Shown here: one piece after another, positions 38,507 through 45,815 of the stretch
How positions within the stretch are numbered: the first letter of the stretch is position 1
How the letters are laid out: each line of letters starts with the position of its first letter
NCBI GenBank assembly: GCA_013823985.1
Contig: PNNB01000001.1
Span: forward strand, 128,739 to 192,738
Origin: Sphingopyxis sp.
Lineage (GTDB): Bacteria; Pseudomonadota; Alphaproteobacteria; Sphingomonadales; Sphingomonadaceae
Reading direction: 5' to 3'
Length of the DNA stretch: 64,000 nucleotides
Position numbers and translations under genes: made by a program
Notes under the pieces: generated by a model
The model's input: the letters and a program-made list of their open reading frames with translations, nothing else
Database searches by the model: none
Told to the model about the DNA's origin: nothing

Positions 38507-38553
38507 GGGGTGAGGGCGTGTACGCGTTATTGCAAGAAATCCGCCAATAACAT

Positions 38554-38698
38554 CGTCACCCTGAACTTGTTTCAGGGTCTATCTGTCAGCCCATTCCAAA
38601 CCGGTGAGTGACAAGTCTAGCCGTGACGCACGGTTGGGTTTTGATTCACGCCGTCGGGGCGGCTGTACGATGGACCCTGAAACAAGTTCAGGGTGACG
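38554..38698. repeat. Intergenic CGTC-ended palindromic element (perfect 26-bp terminal inverted repeats, 93-bp spacer)
   Basis: cgtcaccctgaacttgtttcagggtc (38554-38579) is the exact reverse complement of gaccctgaaacaagttcagggtgacg (38673-38698). Each arm is itself a hairpin. Confidence 0.95.
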
Positions 38699-38859
38699 GG
38701 GATGTTCACGATGGCGGAGTTGGAGAGGGGTTCGGCGGTGACGGGACGCACTACCTCCCCCGCCCAAACTCCAGTCCATTTTGGTTTCATCTCCGCTTGC
38801 CAACTATATCTATGCCGATACTTTCGACCCAGCCACTACGTCTGGGGGAAGGTCGTTAG

Positions 38860-39612
38860 ATGGAAAATCGCATTGTCGAGATTGCGCGCAAAAAGGCGCA
38901 GAAAAATACGGGCAAAAGTCGGCAGGCCGACTGGAAAAGCCGAGACACCAATCCCGCTTTCTTCGTCCGCGCCGATGCCATTTGTCCTCCCACTTTTCCA
39001 CCTGATATCAAGCTCGAACGGCGCACTCTTCCGACCGATTCCGGAACCGCGCTGATCATTCCGCTGCCGCTGCGCGCGGTTACGCCGTCGGCTATTGCGC
39101 TGAAACCCGCAAAGCCTGCGGCCAAGCCCAAAAAGGCGCGCGCCGCCGCCAAGTCCAAATCTGTCTCCGCAAAGCCCAGGGTCGCAAAACCTGCGGTACA
39201 AAAGAAGACGGTCAAAAAGGCTGCCCCCCGAAAACCCCGCGCGAAGAAAACGGATGAACTTCGCGCGGGGGCAGAGCCCCTTGTGATGGCGATCACGCCG
39301 CCCGCCACCGCGATGGCGGCGCCTGTTGTTGCCGAAATTGCAAGTCCGGTTGCCAGTGCGGTTGCACAGCCGGTGTCGGTGTCTATGCCGGATGACCGGA
39401 CCCCGCTGCCCCGCGCACGGGCGGTCGCGGTGTACCGGAAGAACAATTTGCTGGATGTCGTCGGCTATTGGATGCGGACGCGTATGTCGGACATCACCAA
39501 ATTGTTCGCGCCCCGTCCGAAGGCACGCAAGCCTGTGCCCAAGATGGCGGACCTGATCGCGGAAAACACCGCGCTGCGTCAGGAAATCGCCCGCCTGCGT
39601 GCGTTGCAATAG
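38860..39612 (+). CDS. Hypothetical basic protein with histone-H1-like K/A/P-rich core and C-terminal short coiled coil
   Basis: KPAKPAAKPKKARAAAKSK...KKAAPRKPRAKK core; ends LIAENTALRQEIARLRAL. Start uncertain. Confidence 0.7.
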   Translation: MENRIVEIARKKAQKNTGKSRQADWKSRDTNPAFFVRADAICPPTFPPDIKLERRTLPTDSGTALIIPLPLRAVTPSAIALKPAKPAAKPKKARAAAKSKSVSAKPRVAKPAVQKKTVKKAAPRKPRAKKTDELRAGAEPLVMAITPPATAMAAPVVAEIASPVASAVAQPVSVSMPDDRTPLPRARAVAVYRKNNLLDVVGYWMRTRMSDITKLFAPRPKARKPVPKMADLIAENTALRQEIARLRALQ

Positions 39613-39627
39613 CGCTCCGTTAAGGCG

Positions 39628-40248
39628 TTACCAGCCCCATGGCGTGGGCGGCGTTTCGACCGTTTGCATCAGGTCGAATTCCACCCGGAACAAACGCGCC
39701 GTTGGCCCTGCGGGACGGCGCAGTTCATAGACGAACACGGGCTTTGGATCGCGAGAGTCGCTGACCTCCACGCTCCACAAATTGGTTACCGACCGGTCCA
39801 GGCCGTTGGCGCGGAAACTGGCGATGCTTTCGGCGTCGACGGGAAAATCCTGCCGCCCCGCCGTCCCGCTTGCCGCCGTGTCGCCGCCATATAGGGTGAC
39901 CTTGTCGGCGCTGCCATCCTCATGCCGGTGGTCGTGTTTCAGGCGCAGGCCCTGACCGGTGCGGGTGAAGACCCATGTCCGGCTGCGGTCGGTGCCGACG
40001 TGGAAGGGGATTTCGATGCGGTCCGCGGCGCAGCTGCGCACGTGCATGACGAGCGGCTTGCCCGCCATATCGACATCCGCCCCTACCGGCTCGCTTCCCA
40101 CAATCCGCCCTGCAAAAGCCTTGCCGCACAAAGCCGACAGGCGCGCCATGAAGGCGGCCTGCGGATCGGGTGCAGCGGCAGGGGTGGAGGCGCAGCCGGC
40201 GAGCAAGGCGGCGCTGGCGATGAGGGGGGCGAGGATTTTGTGAAGCAT
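39628..40248 (-). CDS. Hypothetical lipoprotein
   Basis: Lipobox LLAGC; LCGKAF.G, IPFHVG.DRSRTW and LKHDHRHEDG motifs. Confidence 0.75.
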   Translation of the reverse strand: MLHKILAPLIASAALLAGCASTPAAAPDPQAAFMARLSALCGKAFAGRIVGSEPVGADVDMAGKPLVMHVRSCAADRIEIPFHVGTDRSRTWVFTRTGQGLRLKHDHRHEDGSADKVTLYGGDTAASGTAGRQDFPVDAESIASFRANGLDRSVTNLWSVEVSDSRDPKPVFVYELRRPAGPTARLFRVEFDLMQTVETPPTPWGW

Positions 40249-40293
40249 GGCGCATCCTAACGCCGCACCGATGGTGTGCAAGCGGCGATGGCG

Positions 40294-40719
40294 CTATCCG
40301 TCCGCGATTTGCCCATGCCCAGCCAGATCAGGCGAACGCCCCATGACGTGCCAGCCATAGAGGCTCAGCGCGAGCATGAAGGCGTTGGACACAAAATCGA
40401 TTGCCAGCCAGCGGTTGAAAATGGGTACAACGAAAACGAACCAGTAGTTGAATGCGAAAAAGGGCAGAAGCGCCACGGCGTAGACCGCAAAGGTCCGTCG
40501 TTCCCATCGGCTGAACCAGATGAACAGGCCACCCAGCACCGCCTGCGCCCCGAAACAACCGATCAGCAATGCGCTGGTGTCGCTCAGATGCTGAAACGCA
40601 GGCGTGATCGTCAACCGCTCGACATGATGCGGGGCCAGCAGGCACCACGCGCCCAGAAACAGATAGGGCAGCGCGATCAGGCGCTGCAGAATATGGGGCA
40701 GGTTCGACGACCGCGACAT
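40294..40719 (-). CDS. Hypothetical 4-TM membrane protein
   Basis: Four hydrophobic segments and a CFGAQAVL motif. Confidence 0.65.
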   Translation of the reverse strand: MSRSSNLPHILQRLIALPYLFLGAWCLLAPHHVERLTITPAFQHLSDTSALLIGCFGAQAVLGGLFIWFSRWERRTFAVYAVALLPFFAFNYWFVFVVPIFNRWLAIDFVSNAFMLALSLYGWHVMGRSPDLAGHGQIADG

Positions 40720-40869
40720 GAGGCGATGTTAAAGGAATTTATGGGGGGAGCAAGCGGGCAAGATGGGGCGGCTTGTGCGTCTCTTTTGTATCTTTAGGTA
40801 AAGCTTCTTGCTCCCCACGCCCATGCTGGTCATAAAGGCGAACAATCTTTGGAAAGTTCGAAAAGCACC

Positions 40870-41160
40870 ATGCGAAAGAAAAATAATCCCAACTGGTTCT
40901 CGATTGGAATGGATGCATGGGCACTGGCGGCGGAATCGAACATGGTGATCGCCATGCGCATGGGTGCGCTGGCCTTTGGCGGTCCTTCGGCGGTCAAAGA
41001 GGCGGAGCGGATGGTGGCCGAAAAGGTATCGGCCAATATGGCTCTTGGCGCGGATCTGATGACCGGAAAGCTGGGCACCAGCCCGGAACAGATCGTCAGC
41101 GGCAGCATCGCCCATTATTCGCGGCGGGTGACCGCGAACCGGCGGCGTCTGGGCTGGTAA
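40870..41160 (+). CDS. Small hypothetical helical protein of a recognisable proteobacterial family
   Basis: VIAMRM...GG....EAERMV.EK..A and YSRRVTANRRRL resemble conserved hypothetical proteins. Function unknown. Confidence 0.65.
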   Translation: MRKKNNPNWFSIGMDAWALAAESNMVIAMRMGALAFGGPSAVKEAERMVAEKVSANMALGADLMTGKLGTSPEQIVSGSIAHYSRRVTANRRRLGW

Positions 41161-41228
41161 AGGCCTTAAGCAAGCTTTCAATTTTTGGCGCTATTCTGAT
41201 GTGGTGAATATCATATCGGGAGCGTTCA

Positions 41229-41588
41229 GTGGGCAAAGTTGGCGGAATCATCCTTACGGTCATCATCGTTTACGTTGGGTGCCAACTCACGATCGGTGAC
41301 ATGATGAAAGCCCGAGTTGACGATTTTTCCGCCCAACTGGAGGCAGCGAAGCCTCTAGCAGATGGTACAAGGGGACCAATTGCATTGCGCAGCAGCGACA
41401 TATGCACTATGCTGACCCAGACGGGCGGTATCTCGGGCACATTGTCCCGTCTCGCCTTTCCGGCACCAGGCTCGGCAGCGGACAGGTTGACCGCCCGCTA
41501 CCGTTTCGTCAGTCAAAATGGATGCAGCAAATACAACCGGCGCAACCTGATCCTAGCTAAACCGCTAGACGGCTCTTCGGCTTCCTGA
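41229..41588 (+). CDS. Hypothetical membrane-anchored protein
   Basis: GGGAG SD, GTG start, N-terminal TM, paired Cys. Confidence 0.5.
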   Translation: MGKVGGIILTVIIVYVGCQLTIGDMMKARVDDFSAQLEAAKPLADGTRGPIALRSSDICTMLTQTGGISGTLSRLAFPAPGSAADRLTARYRFVSQNGCSKYNRRNLILAKPLDGSSAS

Positions 41589-41628
41589 GCTTCCGATAAT
41601 GCCACAATCCAGCGCGCCAACAAGTGGA

Positions 41629-42312
41629 CTAGGCCAATTTGGCGAGCAGGCGCTCTGCCGCTTCTTCCGATGAAGCGGGGTTCTGGCCGGTGATCAGCAG
41701 GCCGTCTTCGACGACATGGACTGCCCAGTCATCGCCCCGGCTATAGGCGCCGCCTTGTTCTTTCAGCGTATCTTCCAGCATGAAAGGGACAATGTCGCTG
41801 AGGCCGACGGCGTCTTCCTCGCTATTGGAAAAGCCGGTGACCGACTTGCCCTGGACAAGCGCGGTGCCATCGGCGTTTTTGACATTCTTCAACGCTGCGG
41901 GGGCATGGCAAACGGCGGCGACAGGTTTGTTGGCGGCGAGGGCGTTCTGGATTAGGGCGATCGAGTTGCTGTCGTTCGCCAGATCCCACATCGGGCCGTG
42001 GCCGCCGGGGTAGAAGACGGCGTCATAATCGGCGATGTCGATGTCCGACAGGGGGTGCGTCGCGGCAAGCTGAGCGTTCGCTTCGAGATCGGCCTTGAAG
42101 CGTTCGGTCGCCGGCGTCTGCGCATCGGGCGCATCGCTTTTAGGGTCCAGCGGCGGCTGTCCGCCTTTGGGGGAGGCAAGGGTGATCGTCGCACCGGCGT
42201 CGCGGAAGACATAATAGGGTGCGGCAAATTCTTCCAGCCAGAAGCCGGTCTTCTTGCCCGTGTCGCCCAGCTGGTCGTGGGAGGTCAGTACCATCAGGAT
42301 ATTCATAAGCAT
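41629..42312 (-). CDS. DJ-1/PfpI family type 1 glutamine amidotransferase-like protein
   Basis: LTSHD.LG.TG..TGFWLEE, YPGGHGPMWDL, AVCHAP (nucleophile Cys) and TGQNPAS. Confidence 0.93.
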   Translation of the reverse strand: MLMNILMVLTSHDQLGDTGKKTGFWLEEFAAPYYVFRDAGATITLASPKGGQPPLDPKSDAPDAQTPATERFKADLEANAQLAATHPLSDIDIADYDAVFYPGGHGPMWDLANDSNSIALIQNALAANKPVAAVCHAPAALKNVKNADGTALVQGKSVTGFSNSEEDAVGLSDIVPFMLEDTLKEQGGAYSRGDDWAVHVVEDGLLITGQNPASSEEAAERLLAKLA

Positions 42313-42363
42313 GTGTCTTTCATCCAAGGGGGAAGGATGCGCGGATTAGCCGGCTTCAGGGGC

Positions 42364-42388
42364 AACCGGCGACGGTTGGATTGGTTCC
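42364..42388 (-). promoter_or_regulatory. EcfG/sigmaT-type general stress promoter for the DJ-1/PfpI gene
   Basis: Minus strand reads GGAAC-caatccaaccgtcgcc(16)-GGTT, about 50 nt upstream of the start. Confidence 0.65.
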
Positions 42389-42417
42389 TTTCCAGCCCTA
42401 CCGCGGATGTCGTTCGA

Positions 42418-43002
42418 TCAATGCTTCGTTATGCGCACCAATGACCAGTCATAGCCCAGCTCCTCCACCCGCGCCTTCAACAGGGCGGCGGTGCGGGCGT
42501 CGGTCTTTGCGGTCCGGGTCAGCATCCACAGATAACGGCCGCTCGGCTCGCCGACGATCGACCAGCTATAATCATCGGCATGGTCAAGCACCCAATAGTC
42601 GCCGTAAAACGGGCCGAAGAACGAAACCTTCAATTTCGCGCCACGGCTGTTTTCAACGATCTTGGCCTTGCCCTCTGCAGTCGAAAGCTTTCCATCGACC
42701 GCGCCTTTGTGGCAGCTATTCAACACGCTGACGGCTCCGTCCGGGCGCAGGGCATATTCCGCTGTCACGGCTTCGCAGCCTTTCTGGAAACCGGCTTCAT
42801 AGCGGCCATGTTCGTACCAACGGCCAAGATAGCGGTCCAGTTCGACCGCTTTGGCGGGTTCGGGAACGGCCCGGTTGCCCACCGGCCCCCGCTGCATCGC
42901 CGCGCAGCCTGCCAAGAGCAGTGCTCCGCCGACTAGAGCGAGGCTGACAGGGATCAACCGTGATGCGGTTGCAGGCTTGGTGGACGACTTTTTCTTGGTC
43001 AC
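42418..43002 (-). CDS. blc: Bacterial lipocalin (Blc-like lipoprotein)
   Basis: Lipobox LLAGC, RYLGRWYE, AKLKVSFFGPFYGDYWVL and YLWMLTR. Probable GTG start at 43002. Confidence 0.9.
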   Translation of the reverse strand: MTKKKSSTKPATASRLIPVSLALVGGALLLAGCAAMQRGPVGNRAVPEPAKAVELDRYLGRWYEHGRYEAGFQKGCEAVTAEYALRPDGAVSVLNSCHKGAVDGKLSTAEGKAKIVENSRGAKLKVSFFGPFYGDYWVLDHADDYSWSIVGEPSGRYLWMLTRTAKTDARTAALLKARVEELGYDWSLVRITKH

Positions 43003-43051
43003 AGTGGATCTCCGGTGAAGGATGGGAGTGTTCGACTTTTGCGGCGCTTTA

Positions 43052-43186
43052 TCAAGGCCGCGGGCTCTGTCCGGCATCGCGGCGGAGTTTGGCAGCCCGC
43101 TTTCTTTGCAGCATCACTAAGCCGAAAATAGCTAAGGACGCCATCAGCGCAATGAGCGCATAGGCAATTATCAAGCGGGTTTCCAT
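43052..43186 (-). CDS. Small single-TM membrane protein (44 aa)
   Basis: METRLIIAYALIALMASLAIFGLVMLQRKRAAKLRR; AGGA SD-like site before ATG 43186. Confidence 0.55.
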   Translation of the reverse strand: METRLIIAYALIALMASLAIFGLVMLQRKRAAKLRRDAGQSPRP

Positions 43187-43258
43187 TGGATGTTTCCTGA
43201 CGCGACTTACCCCAAGGCGAAGGGGAGCGCAGTGTAATGAACTCTTGTTTCCAGCATC

Positions 43259-43284
43259 AACTCTGCCGTCGGTGCAATAGTTCC
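43259..43284 (-). promoter_or_regulatory. Possible EcfG-type promoter for the small protein and lipocalin
   Basis: Minus strand reads GGAAC-N17-AGTT, one mismatch to consensus. Confidence 0.4.
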
Positions 43285-43386
43285 ACTTTGCCCGCTCAAA
43301 TCCCGCAATCACCCATTTAGGCGATAGACCTGAAAGCCAATCCGAGGCAGTTTAACGCCTGTTATTGTTTTGGAGGGAGTTTGGAT

Positions 43387-43767
43387 ATGGCACGTATATT
43401 GGGTCTAGGGGGTCTCTTTTTCAAATCGGCCGATCCGGCCGCAACGCGCGAATGGTATTCCCGGGTTCTTGGAATGCCGGTCGACGAATGGGGTGCTTTT
43501 TTCACGCCGGATGCCGCGGCGGCGCATCCCGGAGCCGGGACGGTTTTTTCGCCTTTTGGCGCAGATACGGACTATTTCGCGCCATCGGAAAAGGAGTTCA
43601 TGTTCAACCTGATGGTCGACGACCTGGATGGCGTTCTGGCCCGTTGCGCCGAGCATGGCGTCACACCTGTTAAAACCTTTCCGGAGGAAGCCAACGGGCG
43701 TTTCGCGCACATTATGGACCCGGAAGGCCGGAAGGTCGAACTGTGGGAACCAAAGCCCATGGAGTGA
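43387..43767 (+). CDS. VOC/glyoxalase family protein
   Basis: ILGLGG.FF, WY..VLG, MFNLMVDDLD and GRFAHIMDPEGRKVELWEP. Confidence 0.9.
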   Translation: MARILGLGGLFFKSADPAATREWYSRVLGMPVDEWGAFFTPDAAAAHPGAGTVFSPFGADTDYFAPSEKEFMFNLMVDDLDGVLARCAEHGVTPVKTFPEEANGRFAHIMDPEGRKVELWEPKPME

Positions 43768-43777
43768 ATGGCATTTG

Positions 43778-43802
43778 GGAACCTGAGGGCGATTTCGGCG
43801 TT
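43778..43802 (+). promoter_or_regulatory. EcfG/sigmaT-type general stress promoter for the hemerythrin gene
   Basis: GGAAC-ctgagggcgatttcgg(16)-CGTT is an exact consensus match, 27 nt before ATG 43830. Confidence 0.75.
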
Positions 43803-43829
43803 AAGTCGGAAATCCAACGGGAGGCCCTT

Positions 43830-44306
43830 ATGACCGACATTTTTTCCATATTAAAATCCGATCACGATCTGCATCGTGCCATGCTTGCGAAAATCGCGGA
43901 AACCAGCGGCGATACGGCGGAGCGGCGTGACCTTTTTGAAGCCTTCCGGATCGAGGTAACCGCGCATGCTGCGGCAGAAGAGCAGTCGTTATACGCCACG
44001 ATGCTGGGTGACCCTGACCTTCAGGAGGATGGCCGCCATTCGGTGGCTGAGCATAAGGAGATCGATGATCTTCTAGGCGAATTGCAGGACACCGACATGG
44101 CGACCGGAGCATGGCTGTCCAAGTTCAAAGAAATGCGCCACCGGTATGAGCATCATATCGAGGAGGAGGAAGAGGAGATGTTTCCTGCGGCGCAGGAGCA
44201 ATTCAGCAAGGCAAAGGCGAAAGAGCTGGGCGCCAAATTTGATCGCCGTAAACCCGCCGAACTGGAAGTGGCCGAAGCCAGCAATAATGGCGATGACAAG
44301 GATTAG
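43830..44306 (+). CDS. Hemerythrin-like (HHE cation-binding) domain protein
   Basis: DH..HR, HAAAEE..LY, EH.EID and HHIEEEEEEMFP; GGAGG SD. Confidence 0.9.
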   Translation: MTDIFSILKSDHDLHRAMLAKIAETSGDTAERRDLFEAFRIEVTAHAAAEEQSLYATMLGDPDLQEDGRHSVAEHKEIDDLLGELQDTDMATGAWLSKFKEMRHRYEHHIEEEEEEMFPAAQEQFSKAKAKELGAKFDRRKPAELEVAEASNNGDDKD

Positions 44307-44505
44307 TTTGGGTTTTGGACGGTTCCGGTTTGCTAAATAGCGGAAAAGGGCGTATGCGAGGCTTTGCTATCGTCGACCGCGACGGAATTTGAGGCGCGTG
44401 TCTGGCGATTTAGTTGGCTTCGCGCAAACGCTTTCCTACCACGACTTGGCTTCCCATGTTGCGCTGTTGCGACATGGTCACCTGTTTCGTGAAAGGAACA
44501 TCAAT

Positions 44506-44715
44506 ATGCCTACTGGCACCGTAAAATTCTTCAATGCCGACAAAGGCTATGGCTTTATCGCACCCGATGGTGGCGGCGATGACAGCTTTGTGCACATCTC
44601 GGCCGTCCAGGCTGCCGGCATGCACTCGCTCGATAAAGAGCAGCGCGTAAATTACGAAGTCGAAGTCGGCCGCAATGGCAAGGCATCGGCTGTGAACCTG
44701 TCGCAAGCCGATTGA
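44506..44715 (+). CDS. Cold-shock protein (CspA family)
   Basis: GTVKFFNADKGYGFI (RNP1) and FVHISAV (RNP2); GAAAGGA SD; 69 aa. Confidence 0.97.
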   Translation: MPTGTVKFFNADKGYGFIAPDGGGDDSFVHISAVQAAGMHSLDKEQRVNYEVEVGRNGKASAVNLSQAD

Positions 44716-44734
44716 TTTCACACAAGATCTAACG

Positions 44735-44766
44735 AAAAAGGGCCGCTTCAAAGCGGCCCTTTTTTT
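44735..44766. terminator. Bidirectional Rho-independent terminator
   Basis: aaaaagggccgct-tcaa-agcggccc followed by a T run, between the convergent csp and 50-aa ORF. Confidence 0.9.
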
Positions 44767-44770
44767 GTCA

Positions 44771-44923
44771 TCAGTTCAAGATCGCGCCGGTCATCCACAT
44801 GAACGACAGGGCAATTATCGCCAAAAACAAGGATATGGCCAGGACATAGCGAACCCCTTGGTTCTTGATTCCGCCGCTGGCTTCTTCTGCGGTCACGTCG
44901 ATTTTATCGCCATCTTTGTGCAT
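44771..44923 (-). CDS. Small single-TM protein (50 aa), absent from the ORF track
   Basis: Hand translation MHKDGDKIDVTAEEASGGIKNQGVRYVLAISLFLAIIALSFMWMTGAILN. AGGAG SD 7 nt upstream; stop abuts the terminator. Confidence 0.75.
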   Translation of the reverse strand: MHKDGDKIDVTAEEASGGIKNQGVRYVLAISLFLAIIALSFMWMTGAILN

Positions 44924-44993
44924 GATTATAACTCCTGCTCTGGCTAGTCAGCATCATCGCTGCTGTCCAAGAAGGGTATAACACAAAAACGGG

Positions 44994-45401
44994 TCAGCTT
45001 GTTTCACGAAATGGCCAATTAATGACCCCACCCACCCACAGCGCGAGCCAGATGAACACCGGTTGGAATGCAAGCCGTGGTCCATGATAGGCCCAACTCA
45101 TATGGGTCCCGCCGATGGCGATATCGTTCAGGGCATGGTTGAAATTGGCTGGCCAGACGCACAGCGCATAAAGCGCCAGACCAATTCCGGCTGCCTTTCG
45201 AAACCGGGGAATTAAAAGCCCCAATGCACCTGCAATCTCTGCCACACCGGTCAGGAATACGACCTGTGCGGGGAAGGGCACCCAAGCGGGCGTTATGGCC
45301 ATAAATCCGTTCGGGGATCGCAGGTGCGCCACGCCAGCTGCAAAGTAAAACAGCGCCAGAATAATGCGAAGCGCCGTCCGGATTTTGGCCTTGCGGCTCA
45401 T
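44994..45401 (-). CDS. DoxX-like membrane protein
   Basis: F..AG.AH, TGVAEIAGA.GLLIP, PAN.NH and RLAFQP. Confidence 0.85.
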   Translation of the reverse strand: MSRKAKIRTALRIILALFYFAAGVAHLRSPNGFMAITPAWVPFPAQVVFLTGVAEIAGALGLLIPRFRKAAGIGLALYALCVWPANFNHALNDIAIGGTHMSWAYHGPRLAFQPVFIWLALWVGGVINWPFRETS

Positions 45402-45703
45402 CTTTTGCGGACAAACTCGGCACGCAGGACCAAGCCCTTAATACCCTCAAACTTGCAATCAATTTCCTGCGGGTCGCCTGTCAGCCGGATCGACTTGATT
45501 AACGTCCCGCGCTTCAGCGTTTGTCCGGCGCCTTTGACCGTCAGATCTTTTATCAACGTAACCTGATCGCCATCGGCCAATATATTCCCGACGGCATCAC
45601 GAACTTGCACTGCGCCGCTGCTGGCGGCGCGTTCACGTGCGTCAGCCGCGCTTATCCATTCGCCCGATGCTTCGTCATAAACATAATCTTCGTCGTCGCT
45701 CAT
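45398..45703 (-). CDS. PhnA/YjdM-like protein (C-terminal domain, no Zn-ribbon Cys)
   Basis: VRDA.GN.LADGD.VTLIKDL.VKG, IRL, IDCK and L..EFV.K. Start at ATG 45703. Confidence 0.85.
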   Translation of the reverse strand: MSDDEDYVYDEASGEWISAADARERAASSGAVQVRDAVGNILADGDQVTLIKDLTVKGAGQTLKRGTLIKSIRLTGDPQEIDCKFEGIKGLVLRAEFVRKR

Positions 45704-45815
45704 GTGCCTATCCCGCCCTTGGTGCGCTGCCATACAATTTCGACGGAGCGCATTAATGTCCGTTGCAATTTGCAACCATGTAAGTAAGATTTTCTACAAG
45801 AGCGGAGAGATGAGG

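Noticed and set aside
38579-38859. Short ORFs 38579-38803 (-) and 38608-38859 (+), one containing RHPELVSGS
   Set aside because: Read-through of the palindromic element, with no convincing SD or independent coding features.
44389-44505. 39-aa N-terminal extension of the cold-shock protein
   Set aside because: The strong SD and canonical MPTGTVKFF start are at 44506.
44765-44947. 60-aa plus-strand ORF from the track
   Set aside because: No SD or motif; the minus-strand 50-aa ORF at the same locus has an SD, a TM helix and a terminator.
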